Shown one piece after another: positions 23,001 through 38,000 of a stretch of DNA of 64,000 nt. The notes under the pieces are model-generated. The model ran no database searches and was not told the origin of the DNA. It worked only from the letters and a program-made list of their open reading frames with translations. This DNA is from Centroscyllium fabricii (lineage: Eukaryota). The DNA lies in assembly GCA_051313645.2 (NCBI GenBank), contig JBNRSN020000002.1:123442001-123506000 (forward strand). The letters are read 5' to 3'. Position numbers and translations under genes: made by a program. Position 1 is the stretch's first letter, and each line of letters begins with the position of its first letter.

Positions 23001-26000
23001 AATAGTTTCCTCTCCCTCCTCAACTACAGTATCAGAATCACTGAGCACAAAGTCAATGAATACGACATTTTCAGCTCCATCCAACACTGGATCAACAGCG
23101 GTTACCTCAGGTAAGCAATAATCAAGGCTGTCAATACTCAATGACTCTCAACATGGTTTCTTCCTTATCATCATGTCTCACAACTTCCTGCAAATATCTC
23201 CATTGGTTTAATTTCTACAGCAGGCACAACTGCAACTCTGACACTGTCAGCTGCAGTCACATTCACAGTAGGGTAGTGCTTACAGGACCCAAGAACCACA
23301 CAGCAGCCGGAGAGACAGTTAACACTTGTTTAATCAATGGTACTACGAGAAAGAGAGAGAGCCACGAGGAGCGGGCTCTTTTAAACTGCCCGCTCGCCGC
23401 TGACCTCATCACGCCGAGAGACGTGGTGACGTCATCGCGTCACCCGGTGGGCGGGGCTATGCCCCGCAGTACTCCCGAGGCGGATTCGCCAGCCGGCGTA
23501 CCGCTACACAACTCCCCAAAGAATCCGTCCGAGAGGAAAAGAGTCTATACGAGGCGTCGTGGTGGCCGTAAGATGCGGCCGGCACGTGTCGTGCGTTGCT
23601 CCTGGTGCTGCGGTGGAGTGTGGGCAGGTGTTGGTGCGGGAGGGCGTCCGCGTTGAGGTGGTTGGGCGGGGGCTGTCGCGTCGCCCGCTATTACGTGTGC
23701 CGGTTTCAGCCGGTCGATCGATACCGTTTCTGTTCGGTTGCCCAGCTGTAGCTCAAAAGCTTTAGGTCCCGCCCGAAGCACTCTGTAAGGGCCGTCGTAA
23801 GGTGGCTGTAGAGGTGAACGATGAGCGTCATGGCGGACGAACACGTACTTTGCGTGCTTAATGTTGTCCGGTACATGTGCCACCGGCTCTCCGTGCCGGG
23901 CCACCGGTAAGGGGGTGAATGCTCGTGCCGGGTTGGCAAAGTCTTTGAGGAACTGGTCGGCTGACCAGGTAGTGTTTGATTCGGCGAGAAACTCGCCTGG
24001 CACTCTTAATGTCTGGCCATAGACGAGTTCCGCTGCTGAGGCGTGCAAATCCTCTTTGGCCGCCGGGCGGAGTCCGAGCAATACCCACGGAAGGCGGTCT
24101 GTCCATGATGCGTCTTGGAGGCTGGCCCGCAGGGAGGCTTTGATGGAGAGGTGGAACCTTTCGCACAGCCCGTTGGCCTGTGGGTGGTACGCGGTGGTTC
24201 TATGCAGGGTCACCCCGAGGTTGCGGGCGATGGCCGCCCATAGTGCAGACGTGAATTGGGGACCTCTGTCCGACGTGATGTCGGTGGGCACGCCGAAACG
24301 GGCGACCCAAGTCGCGATGAACGCTCTGGCTAAGTCCGTGGTGTTGGTAGCAACCAGGGGGACTGCTTCTGGCCAGCGAGTGTTGCGGTCTACCAAGGTC
24401 ATCAGATGTGTGTGGCCCCGGGATGGCGGCAGTGGTCCAACGAGATCGACGTGGACGTGGTCGAAGTGCCTGGCTGGCACGGTAAACGTTTCCAGCGGGG
24501 CTTTGATGTGCTTGTGCACTTTGGCCCGCTGGCAGGCGATGCAGGCGTTGGTCCAGGCGCGGACGTCTTTGCGAAGGCCGCGCCACACAAAATGGGCCGA
24601 AATGAGTTTAATGGAGGCGCGGGTGCCGGGGTGGGACAGGCCATGGAGAGTCTCAAAAATGCGCCGCCTCCATGCGTGGGGGACAACGGGTCTGGGCTGC
24701 TGTAATGATACGTCGCAGCAGACTACGGTGGCCGCGGGGCCGTGTGCGATGTTGGCCAAGCGTAGGCCAGGGAGGTTTTCTGCTGGGTCGCGCAGGTCTG
24801 GGTCCGCCCGCTGGTCTGCTGCCAGCTTGGCATAATCGACCGCCATTTGGGCGGCGTTAATGGTGGGACGTGACAGGCAGTCAGCAACCACGTTGTCGCG
24901 GCCGGAGATGTGCTGGATGTCGGTAGTGAATTCTGACACGGCTGCGAGTTGGCGCTGCTGCCTGGCCGACCAGGGTTCGGAGATCTTTTTTGGCTTCTGC
25001 GGGGGAGGCTGGCTCGATGCTGTGCTGTGCGCCTGTGTCGCAGAGGAACCGGAGGCCTGTGCCGCTGTCCGTGACGTAGAGCTGGGCTCCGGTGTGGCCT
25101 ACGGACATGGAGGGGGCTGGGCCGGGCTGTGGCTTGAACGTTGATGTATCGTCAATTGTCTTAATAAAAGGCTAAACGAGTAGTGACCTTAAACTACAGG
25201 CTTTTATTAACTTACTTTGGAGCTACCCTCCGATCGAACATCCAGAACAGAATGAGGGAGCCTGGTAAGTCCTCACCTATAAAGGGCCTCACCTGGGGAA
25301 GGAGTTAGAGGTGTGGCTGACCTGGCTCCACGACAGTGTTGCAAAGCGGTGTATCATACAAAGCCAATATTGGCGACAATATTACAGTGGTGACGTATAC
25401 ACAATATGGTTACCACATTCACCCCTTCTTGAAAATTTTAGGTCCGGCGGGGTGAATGGACAGAGCAGTTCATTATGAGCTTGTCCGGTGGTCGTGTCAG
25501 CCTGGAGGACCGCCGGGGCTCCGGTAAAAGTTCGCCGTGTTCCGTACTGCTCGAGTCCGGTGGTGGTGACAGTGACTCTGGTGCCGGGACTTCGGATGCT
25601 GGTGGTCTCAATTGGTCCGAGCCATCGGAATGGTGGTCTTGGGCTGGCCACGGCTGGGGGTCTGGATACCTCAGAGGCCACTGTAGATGCAGGGGGTGTT
25701 CCAGATACTGTGGCTGGGCGGGCTGCTGCCCGACCAGGGGCTCTGCTGCGGTGCTCCCTGCGGGCGCCAGGTCCCTGATGGAGACGGTGTCCGCGCGCCC
25801 GTCCGGGAACTGCACGAAGGCATATTGTGGATTCGCATGCAGGAGCTGCACCTTGTCCACCAGGGGGTCGGTCTTGTGGCCACGGACGTGTCTTCTAAGG
25901 AAGACCGGCCCCGGTGTCGCGAGCCATGGAGGGAGAGCTGTCCCCGAAGTCGACTTCCTGGGGAAGGAAAAAATCAAGTCATGAGGGGTGGCGTTAGTGA

Positions 26001-29000
26001 CCGTACACAGTAGAGAGCGTATTGAATGCAGCGCGTCTGGGAGGACTGCCTGCCAATGGGCCACTGGTAGGCCTCTGGACTTCAGAGCCAGGGTGACCGC
26101 CTTCCAGATGATCCCATTCTCCCTTTCTACCTGGCCGTTCCCCCGGGGGTTATAACTGGTCGTTCTGCTCGTGGCAACCCCTTTCTGGAGCAGAAACTGA
26201 CGCAGTTCATCGCTCATGAACGATGACCCCCGGTCGCTATGGATGTAGCTGGGGAGACCGAAAATGGCGAACTGCGTGGTGAAGTGTTTTATCACCGTTG
26301 CGCTCGTCATATCTGCGCAGGGGAAGGCGAAGGGGAAGCGGGAGAACTCATCTACGACCGTGAGGATGTATGAGTTGCGGTCGGTGGTGGGGAGTGGGCC
26401 TTTGAAGTCCACGCTTAGACGTTCAAACGGGCGGGTGGCCTTAATGAGGTGCACCGTGTCTGGCCGGAAAAATTGGGGTTTGCACTCAGCGCAAACAGGG
26501 CACTCTCGGGTCATAGCCTTGATCTCCGTGATGGAGTAGTGGAGGCTACGGGATCTAACAAAGTGGGCGAGCTGGTGACACCCGGGTGGCAAAGGCGGTC
26601 GTGGAGGTCCTTCAGCCGGTCTAGCTGGGCACTGGTGCACGTTCCCCTGGACAGTGCGTCTGGGGGTTCATTGAGTTTACCTGGTCGGTAAAGAATGTCG
26701 TACTCGTAAGTCGAGAGTTCGATCCGCCACCGCAGGATCTTATCATTCTTGATCTTACCCTTCTGTTTATTATTAAACATAAACGCCACCGACCGTTGGT
26801 CGGTGAGAAGGGTAAAACGCTTACCGGCCAGGTAATGACGCCAGTAGCGCACGGCCTCCACGATGGCCTGGGCCTCCTTTTCCACTGCAGAGTGGCGAGT
26901 TTCGGGTCCCTGTAGGGTGCGGGAGAAAAACGCTACGGGCCTGCGTGCCTGATTCAGGGTGGCAGCAAGGGCAAAGTCCGAAGCGTCGCTCTCCACCTGG
27001 AAGGGAATGGATTCATCAACAGCATGCAGAGCCATTTCATTGAGAACTTAGGTGCTATCTGTCAAAACAGCCACAAGTTGGGTTTCTGACAGCTTTTCGG
27101 CCACTGATCTTGTGCACCATAGGGATACAGTTAGTGCCGATGCTGGCTCGAGTCCAGGGCGTCTACTGCAGTGGCTTCAACGATAGATAGGAAGTCACTG
27201 GTGTCCCAACCATGTTTCATTGGCAGGGTTTCCAGCTGGTGGGTTTTGTGTGGGAAAAGGCTGAAAATTACGGGGGGCTCTTAAAATGGCATTTTTCATG
27301 CCAATTAAGGGTCCCTAATGAGCCTAATGACCATCCCTGCCGGCCACCGGTGGGAAAAATTCAGGGCGGGTAGACACGGTGGTAGGAAATTACAAAGTTG
27401 CGGGGATCCGGCGGGGGCGGGGGGGTGGTCGAGACACTTCGTTTTTGCATTTTTGCGGCCCGACCCGTCGAAAAGCCAGCCTCATGGCTCAATGAAAATT
27501 GACAGCTTAATTTTTATTATAGATTCTGACATTCTGTTGATTATGCTCTCTCTCCTTTCCCATTTATAGTGGACACAAACCCAAATCTAAATTCTTCATC
27601 GGTTTCGATAACATCAATATCTGACTCAACCTCCCCAGAGTCAGCTGCAATTTCAACTCTTTCCTCCACACAGACGCCGACACCTACTTCATGTAAGCAA
27701 CAACTAAGTTCAGCATTAGACAAATTATTGTTCATGAGCATTTATTGCTTACTTCTCTTTCTCATACCTTATTACAAATGTCTCAGCATCTGCAAAATTG
27801 GCAGCAAACTGACCTGCAGCGCCAACAATTTCATTCTATCCTCCAAAGTGTCAACAACACTGACCTCAGCGTTGCAATAACTAATATCAGACAGTCAGTG
27901 ATCACTCCCAATACATTTAAACCTTTTGATCATTTCACAGATCTAACTGCAAATCACTCCCTGGTTTAAATGTCGACAAGTGACATAAATGCCATTCCAA
28001 CAATTCGAAAAGCTGCTAGAACAATATCCAACTCAACCTCATCATAGACAACTGCAATATTTTGATCCTTCTTCTCAACAGTCTAATGAATAATAAATAA
28101 TATAATCAACTTCTAACTTTACTCTGGGATCAATCATTATGAACAGCAAGTTGTTATGTACCGAATTATTCAGACATCTTGGCAAATGTTTCTGCTTCTT
28201 CATTATTACAGCTGACACAACTCCACCTCCAGAAGTCTCCTTTCCCTCAACATCTGCAACATCAGAATCACCTGCAACTGCAACACTTTCATCTGCTGCT
28301 ATGAACACTATATCCAACTCACCCTCCACAGGGTCCACGGATACGCCAACAGTTTCATCTCAGCCCTCGACTCAGATGCCAACACCTAATTCACGTAAGT
28401 TATAACTAAATTTAGCCAACGATCAATCAATTATGAATAACATGGGTTACATCGGCATCATTCTCACACTTTCTTCTAAATGTTTCTGCATCTTCCATAC
28501 CTACAGCTCACTCAACTGAGAACCCAATAGTTTCCTCTCCCTCCCCAACTACAGTATCAGAATCACTGAGCACAAAGTCAATGAATACGACAACATTTTC
28601 AGCTCCATCCCACACTGGATCAACAACGGTTACACCAGGTAAGCAATAATCAACGCTGTCAATACTCAGTGACTCTCAACATGGGTTCTTCCTTATCATC
28701 ATATCTCAGAACTTCCTGCAAATATCTCCATTGCTTTAATTTCTATAGCAGGCACAACTGCAACTCTGACACTGTCAGCTGCAGTCACATTCACAATATC
28801 ATTTAAATACATTTTCGTCTTGCTCCAAAATACATCATTGTTCTCAATATGAATTATAAAGCCTTCTTCACTTCACAGAAGCTTCAGCTCTAATGATTTC
28901 AGAAAAAACTGCATCAACAAGAAAATCTTCAACAATTACGTCAGTTATTTAGTGACTACATCTTGCCTCTAATCAGTGATCACCAAGGAACACTTACTGT

Positions 29001-32000
29001 TTATCATAGATTCTGACATTCTGTTGATTATCCTCCCTCGCCTTTCCCATTTATAGCGGACACAACCCCAAATCCAAAGCCTTCATCGGTTTCGACAACT
29101 TCCATACCTGACTCACCCTCCTCAGGGTCAGCTGCAATTTCAACTCTTTCCTCCACACAGACGCCGACACCTACTTCACGTAAACGATAACTTAGTTCAG
29201 CTTTAGACAAATTATTGTCAAAGAACATTTATTACTTACTTGTCTTTCTATTACCTTCTTCCAAATGTAACTTCATCTGCAAAATTGACAGCAAACTGAC
29301 CTGCAGCACCAACAGTTTTATTCTATCCTCCAAAGTGTCAACAACACTGACCTCAGGATTGCAATAACCAATATTAGACAGTCAGCGATGACTCCCAACA
29401 TGTTTATTCCTCATGATTATTTCACCAATCTAACTGCAAATCACTCCCTGGGTTAAATGTCTGCAACAGACATAACTGCCATTCCAACAATTCTAAATGC
29501 TGCTACAATAATATCCAACTCAACCTCATCAGACACAACTGCAACTCCAATAATTTGATACTTCTTCTCAATACATTCATGAATTATAACTAATATAAAT
29601 TTCTAACTTTACTCTGGGATCAATCATTATGAACAGCAAGTTGTTATGTACTGAATTATTCAGAGATTTTGGCAAATGTTTCTGCTTCTTCATTATTACA
29701 GCTGACACAACTCCACCTCCAGAAGTCTCCTCTCCCTCAACATCTGCAACATCAGGATCACCTGCAACTACAACACTTTCATATGATTCTACGACTACTA
29801 TATCCAACTCACCCTCCACAGTATCAACAGACACTCCAACAGTTTCATCTCAGCCCTCGACACACACACCAACACCTACTTCACGTAAGTTCTAACTAAA
29901 CATATCCTACAATCAGTCATTTTTGAATACCATGGGCTTTCATTGGCATAATTCTCACACTTGAATCTGAGTATTTATGCTACTTCCATACCTGCAGCTC
30001 GCTCAACTAAGAACCCAATAGTTTCCTCTCATACCTCAGTATCAGAATCACTGAGCACAAAGTCAATGCAAACTACAACAGTTTCATCTCCATCCCACAC
30101 TGGCTCAACAGCGGCAACCTCAGGTAAGCAATAATCACCGCTGTCAATACTCAGTGACGCTCAACATGGTTTCATTCTTATCGTCATATCTCAGAACTTC
30201 CTGCAAATATCTCCATTGCTTTAATTTCTATAGCAGGCACAACTGCAACTCTGACACTGTCAGCTGCAGTCACATTCACAATAGCATTTAAATACATTTT
30301 TGTTTGAACAGCCTTGACACAGCACTGTTTCCAGACAGAATGTCGGCGGGTTTCAGCTGCTTAAGCAGCAGAGCCATTAGACGACTGAAACCACAGAGAT
30401 TGAGTGACAGTTGCTGCCTGTTTCACTGGATTATCAAAGAGGTCTATGACATCACAATAGTTACTCTAAACCACAGAGATTGAGTGACAGCTGCTGCCTA
30501 TTTCAATGGATAATCGAAGAGGTCTGAGACATCACAATAGCTACTCTAAACCATGGAGATTGAGTGATAGATGCTGTCTGTTTCACTGGCTGCCTGCTCC
30601 AGCAGAGCCATTTCATTGAGAACTTATCTGTCAAAACAGCCACAAGTTGGGTTTGTGACAGCTTTTCGCCCACTGATCTTGTGATACAGTTAGTGCCGAT
30701 GGTGGCTCGAGTCCAGGGACGTCTTCTACTGCAGCGGCTTCAAGGATAATTAGGAAGTCACTGGTGTCCCCACCATGTTTCATTGGCAGGGTTTCCAGCT
30801 GGTGGGTTTTGTGTGGGAAAAGGCTGAATATTATGGGGGGCTCTTAAAATGGCATTATACATGCCAATCAAGGGTCCCTAATGAGCCTAATGACCATCCC
30901 TGCCGGCCGCCGGTGGGAACGATTCCCAGCGGGTAGACACGGTGGTAGGAAATTACAAAGCGGCGGGGATCCAGCGGTAGGGGTGGGGTTGTCGAGACAC
31001 TTTGTTTTTGCATTTTTGCGGCCCGACCCGTCGAAAAGCCAGCCTCATGGCTCAATGAAAATTGGCAGCTAATTCTTATTATAGATTCTGACATTCTGTT
31101 GATTATGCTCCCTCTCCTTTCCCATTTATAGTGGACACAAACCCAAATCCAAAGTCTTCATCGGTTTCAATAACATCAATCTCTGACTCAACCTCCCCAG
31201 AGTCAGCTGCAATTTCAACTCTTTCCTTCACACAGATGCCGACACCTACTTCACGTAAGCAACAACTAAGTTCAGCATTAGACAAATTATTGTTCATGAG
31301 CATTTATTGCTTACTTCTCTTTCTCATACCTTATTACAAATGTCTCAGCATCTGCAAAATTGGCAGCAAACTGACCTGCAGCGCCAACAATTTCATTCTA
31401 TCCTCCAAAGTGTCAACAACACTGACCTCAGCGTTGCAATAACTAATATCAGACAGTCAGTGATCACTCCCAATACATTTACACCTTTTGATCATTTCAC
31501 AGATCTAACTGCAAATCACTCCCTGGTTTAAATGTCGACAAGTGACATAAATGCCATTCCAACAATTCGAAAAGCTGCTAGAACAATATCCAACTCAAGC
31601 TCATCAGAGACAACTGCAATATATTGATCCTTCTTCTCAACAGTCTAATGAATAATAAATAATATAATCACCTTCTAACTTTACTCTGGGATCAATCATT
31701 ATGAACAGCAAGTTGTTATGTACCAAATTATTCAGACATTTTGGCAAATGTTTCTGCTTCTTCATTATTACAGCTGACACAACTCCACCTGCAGAAGTCT
31801 CCTCTCCCTCAACATCTGCAACATCAGAATCACCTGCAACTGCAACACTTTCATCTGCTGCTATGAACACTATATCCAACTCACCCTCCACAGTGTCAAC
31901 GGATACGCCAACAGTTTCATCTCAGCCCTCGACTCAGACGCCAACAGCTACTTCACGTATGTTATAACTAAATTTAACCGACGATCAATCAAATTTGAAT

Positions 32001-35000
32001 AACATGGGCTTACATCGGCATCATTCTCACACTTTCTTCTAAATGTTTCTGCATCTTCCATACCTACAGCTCGCTCAACTGAGAACCCAATAGTTTCCTC
32101 TCCCTCCTCAACTACAGTATCAGAATCATTGAGCACAAAGTCAATGAATACGACGACATTTTCAGCTCCATCCCACACTGTATCTACAGCGGTTACATCA
32201 GGTAAGCAATAATCAATGCTGTCAATACTCAGTGACTCTCAACATGGTTTCTTCCTATCATCATGTCTCCCAACTTCCTGCAAATATCTCCATTGCTTTA
32301 ATTTCTATAGCAGGCACAACTGCAACTCTGACACTGTCAGCTGCAGTCACATTCACAGTATCATTTAATTACATTTTAGTCTTGCTCCTCAATACATCAT
32401 TGTTCTCACTGTGAATTATAAAGCCTTCTTCACTACACAGAAGCTTCAGCTCTAATGACGTCAGAAACAACTGCAGCAACAAGTAAATCTTCAACAATTA
32501 CGTCAGTTATTTAGTGACTACATCTTGCCTCTAATCAGTGATCACCAAGGAACACTTACTGTTTATCATAGATTCTGACATTCTGTTGATTATCCTCCCT
32601 CGACTTTCCCATTTATAGCGGACACAGCCCCAAATCCAAAGCCTTCATCGGTTTCGATAACTTCCATACCTGACTCACCCTCCTCCGGGTCAGCTGCAAT
32701 TTCAACTCTTTCCTCTGCACAGACGCCGATACCTACTTCACGTAAGCAATAACTTAGTTCAGCTTTAGACAAATTATTGTCAAAGAACATTTATTACTTA
32801 CTTGACTTTCTCATACCTTATTCCAAATGTCCCTTCATCTGCAAAATTGACAGCAAACTGACCTGCAGCACCAACAGTTTTATTCTATCCTCCAAAGTGT
32901 CAACAACACTGACCTCAGGATTGCAATAACCAATATTAGACAGTCAGCGATGACTCCCAACATGTTTATTCCTCATGATTATTTCACCAATCTAACTGCA
33001 AATCACTCCCTGGGTTAAATGTCTGCAACAGACATAACTGCCATTCCAACAATTCCAAATGCTGCTCCAATAATATCCAACTCAACCTCATCAGACACAA
33101 CTGCAACTCCAATAATTTGATACTTCTTCTCAATACATTCATGAATTATAACTAATATAAATTTCTAACTTTACCCTGGGATCAATCATTATCAACAGCA
33201 AGTTGTTATGTACTGAATTATTCAGAGATTTTGGCAAATGTTTCTGCTTCTTCATTATTACAGCTGACACAACTCCACCTCCAGAAGTCTCCTCTCCCTC
33301 AACATCTGCAACATCAGGATCACCTGCAACTACAACACTTTCATCTGATTCTACGACTACTATATCGAACTCACCCTCCACAGGGTCAACAGACACTCCA
33401 ACAGTTTCATCTCAGCCCTCGACACAGACACCAACACCTACTTCACGTAAGTTCTAACTAAACCTATCCTACAATCAGTCATTTTTGAATACCATGGGCT
33501 TTCATCGGCATAATTCTCACACTTGCATCTAAGTATTTACGCTACTTCCATACCTGCAGCTCGCTCAACTAAGAACCCAATAGTTTCCTCTCATACCTCA
33601 GTATCAGAATCACTGAGCACAAAGTCAATGCAAACTACAACAGTTTCATCTCCATCCCACACTGGATCAACAGCGGCAACCTCAGGTAAGCAATAATCAC
33701 CGCTGTCAGTTCTCAGTGACTCTCAACATTGTTTCATTCTTATCGTCATATCTCAGAACTTCCTGCAAATATCTCCATTGCTTTAACTTCTATAGCAGGC
33801 ACAACTGCAACTCTGACACTGTCAGCTGCAGTCACATTCACAATAGCATTTAAATATATTTTTGTTTGAACAGCCTTGACACAGCATTATTTCCGGACAG
33901 AGAGTCAGCAGGTTTCGGCTGCTTAAGCAGCAGAGCCATTAGACGACTGAAACCACAGAGATTGTTTCACTGGATTATCAAAGAGGTCTATGACATCACA
34001 ATGGTTACTCTAAACCACAGAGATTGAGTGACAGCTGTTGCCTGTTTCAATGGATAATCGAAGAGGTCTATGACATCACAATGGCTACTCTAAACCACGA
34101 GATTGAGTGACAGATGCTGTCTGTTTCACTGGCTGCCTGCTCCAGCAGAGCCATTTCATTGAGAACTTAGGTGCTATCTGTCAAAACAGCCACAAGTTGG
34201 GTTTGTGACAGCTTTTCGCCTACTGAACTTGTGCACCCTGGGGATAGATTTAGTGCCGCTGCTGGCCCGAGTCCAGGGACGTCTTCTACTGCAGCGGCTT
34301 CAAGGATAGTTAGGAAGTAACTAGTGTCCCCGCCATGTTTCATTGGCAGGGTTTCCAGCTGGTGCGATTTGCGTGGGGAAAGGCTGAATAATATGGGGGG
34401 CTCTTAAAATGGCATTATACATGCCAATTAAGGGTCCCTAATGAGCCTAATGACCATCCCTGCCAGCCGCCGGTGGGAACGATTCAGGGCGGGTAGACAC
34501 GGGGGTAGGAAATTAGAAAGCGGCGGGGATCCGGCGGAGGTGGGGTGCGGGGCGGTGGTCGAGACACTTCGTTTTTGCATTTTTGCGGCCCGACCCGTCG
34601 AAAAGCCAGCCTCATGGCTCAATGAAAATTGACAGCTTAATTTTTATTATAGATTCTGACATTCTGTTCATTATGCTCCCTCTATTTCCCATTTATAGTG
34701 GACACAAACCCAAATCCAAACTCTTCATCGGTTTCGATTAAATCAATTTCTGACTCAAACTCCCCAGAGTCAGCTGCAATTTCAACTCTTTCCTCCACAC
34801 AGACTCCGACACCTACTTCACGTAAGCAGCAACTAAGTTCAGCATTGGACAAATTATTGTTCATGAGCATTTATTGCTTACTTCTCTTTCTCATACCTGA
34901 TTCCAAATGTCTCAGCATCTGCAAAATTGGCAGCAAAACTGACCTGCAGCGCCAACAGTTTCATTCTATCCTCCAAAGTATCAACAACACTGACCTCTGC

Positions 35001-38000
35001 ATTGCAATAACTAATATCAGACAGTCAGTCATCACTCCCAATACATTTACACCTTTTGATCATTTCACAGATCTAACTGCAAATCACTCCCTGGTTTAAA
35101 TGTCGACAATTAACATGAATGCCATTCCAACAATTCGAAAAGCTGCTAGAACAATATCCAACTCAACTTCATCAGAGACAACTGCAATATTTTGATCCTT
35201 CTTCTCAACCGTCTAATGAATAATAAATAATATAATCACCTTCTAACTTTACTCTGGGATCAATCATTATGAACAGCAAGTTGTTATGTACTGAATTATT
35301 CAGACATTTTGGCAAATGTTTCTGCTTCTTCATTATTACAGCTGACACAACTCCACCTCCAGAAGTCTCCTCTCCCTCAACATCTGCAACATCAGAATCA
35401 CCTGCAACTGCAACACTTTCATCTGCTGCTATGAACACTATATCCAACTCACCCTCCACAGTATCAACGGACACGCCAACAGTTTCATTTCAGCCCTCGA
35501 CTCAGACGCCAACACCTACTTCACGTAAGTTATAACTAAATGTAGCCGACGATCAATCAATTTTGAATAACATTGGCTTTCATCGGCATCATTCTCACAC
35601 TTTCTTCTAAATGTTTCTGCATCTTCCATACCGACAGCTCGCTCAACTGAGAACCCAATAGTTTCCTCTCCCTCCTCAACTACAGTATCAGAATCACTGA
35701 GCACAAAGTCAATGAATACGACATTTTCAGCTCCATCCAACACTGGATCAACAGCGGTTACCTCAGGTAAGCAATAATCAAGGCTGTCAATACTCAGTGA
35801 CTCTCAACATGGTTTCTTCCTTATCATCATGTCTCACAACTTCCTGCAAATATCTCCATTGGTTTAATTTCTACAGCAGGCACAACTGCAACTCTGACAC
35901 TGTCAGCTGCAGTCACATTCACAGTAGGGTAGTGCTTACAGGACCCAAGAACCACACAGGAGCCGGAGAGACAGTTAACACTTGTTTAATCAATGGTACT
36001 ACGAGAAAGAGAGAGAGCCACGAGGAGCGGGCTCTTTTAAACTGCCCGCTCGCCGCTGACCTCGTCACGCCGAGAGACGTGGTGACGTCATCGCGTCACC
36101 CGGTGGGCGGGGCTATGCCCCGCAGTACTCCCGAGGCGGATTCGCCAGCCGGCGTACCGCTACACAACTCCCCAAAGAATCCGTCCGAGAGGAAAAGAGT
36201 CTATACGAGGCGTCGTGGTGGCCGTAAGATGCGGCCGGCACGTGTCGTGCATTGCTCCTGGTGCTGCGGTGGAGTGTGGGCAGGTGTTGGTGCGGGAGGG
36301 TGTCCGCGTTGAGGTGGTTGGGCGGGGGCTGTCGCGTCGCCCACTATTACGTGTGCCGGTTTCAGCCGGTCGATCGATACCGTTTCTGTTCGGTTGCCCA
36401 GCTGTAGCTCAAAAGCTTTAGGTCCCGCCCGAAGCACTCTGTAAGGGCCGTCGTAAGGTGGCTGTAGAGGTGAACGATGAGCGTCGTGGCGGACGAACAC
36501 GTACTTTGCGTGCTTAATGTTGTCCGGTACATGTGCCACCGGCTCTCCGTGCCGGGCCACCGGTAAGGGGGTGAATGCTCGTGCCGGGTTGGCAAAGTCT
36601 TTGAGGAACTGGTCGGCTGACCAGGTAGTGTTTGATTCGGCGAGAAACTCGCCTGGCACTCTTAATGTCTGGCCGTAGACGAGTTCCGCTGCTGAGGCGT
36701 GCAAATCCTCTTTGGCCGCCGGGCGGAGTCCGAGCAATACCCACGGAAGGCGGTCTGTCCATGATGCGTCTTGGAGGCTGGCCCGCAGGGAGGCTTTGAT
36801 GGAGAGGTGGAACCTTTCGCACAGCCCGTTGGCCTGTGGGTGGTACGCGGTGGTTCTATGCAGGGTCACCCCGAGGTTGCGGGCGATGGCTGCCCATAGT
36901 GCAGACGTGAATTGGGGACCTCTGTCCGACGTGATGTCGGTGGGCACGCCGAAACGGGCGACCCAAGTCGCGATGAACGCTCTGGCTAAGTCCGTGGTGT
37001 TGGTAGCAACCAGGGGGACTGCTTCTGGCCAGCGAGTGTTGCGGTCTACCATGGTCATCAGATGTGTGTGGCCCCGGGATGGCGGCAGTGGTCCAACGAG
37101 ATCGACGTGGACGTGGTCGAAGTGCCTGGCTGGCACGGTAAACGTTTCCAGCGGGGCTTTGATGTGCTTGTGCACTTTGGCCCGCTGGCAGGCGATGCAG
37201 GCGTTGGTCCAGGCGCGGACGTCTTTGCGAAGGCCGCGCCACACAAAATGGGCCGAAATGAGTTTAATGGAGGCGCGGGTGCCGGGGTGGGACAGGCCAT
37301 GGAGAGTCTCAAAAATGCGCCGCCTCCATGCGTGGGGGACAACGGGTCTGGGCTGCTGTAATGATACGTCGCAGCAGACTACGGTGGCCGCGGGGCCGTG
37401 TGCGATGTTGGCCAAGCGTAGGCCAGGGAGGTTTTCTGCTGGGTCGCGCAGGTCTGGGTCCGCCCGCTGGTCTGCTGCCAGCTTGGCATAATCGACCGCC
37501 ATTTGGGCGGCGTTAATGGTGGGACGTGACAGGCAGTCAGCAACCACGTTGTCGCGGCCGGAGATGTGCTGGATGTCGGTAGTGAATTCTGACACGGCTG
37601 CGAGTTGGCGCTGCTGCCTGGCCGACCAGGGTTCGGAGATCTTTTTTGGCTTCTGCGAGGGAGGCTGGCACGATGCTGTGCTGTGCGCCTGTGTCGCAGA
37701 GGAACCGGAGGCCTGTGCCGCTGTCCGTGACGTAGAGCTGGGCTCCGGTGTGGCCTACGGACATGGTGGGGGCTGGGCCGGGCTGTGGCTTGAACGTTGA
37801 TGTATCGTCAATTGTCTTAATAAAAGGCTAAACGAGTAGTGACCTTAAACTACAGGCTTTTATTAACTTACTTTGGAGCTACCCTCCGATCAAACATCCA
37901 GAACAGAATGAGGGAGCCTGGTAAGTCCTCACCTATAAAGGGCCTCACCTGGGGAAGGAGTTAGAGGTGTGGCTGACCTGGCTCCACGACAGTGTTGCAA

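Noticed and set aside
24056-24835. 259-aa and other + strand ORFs over the Gypsy elements
   Set aside because: They are antisense frames of GC-rich integrase/gag sequence with no recognisable motifs.
23545-24939. Domesticated integrase gene (GIN-like)
   Set aside because: It is still flanked by an LTR/PPT and pol remnants and has no native ATG or introns; the three copies come from tandem duplication.
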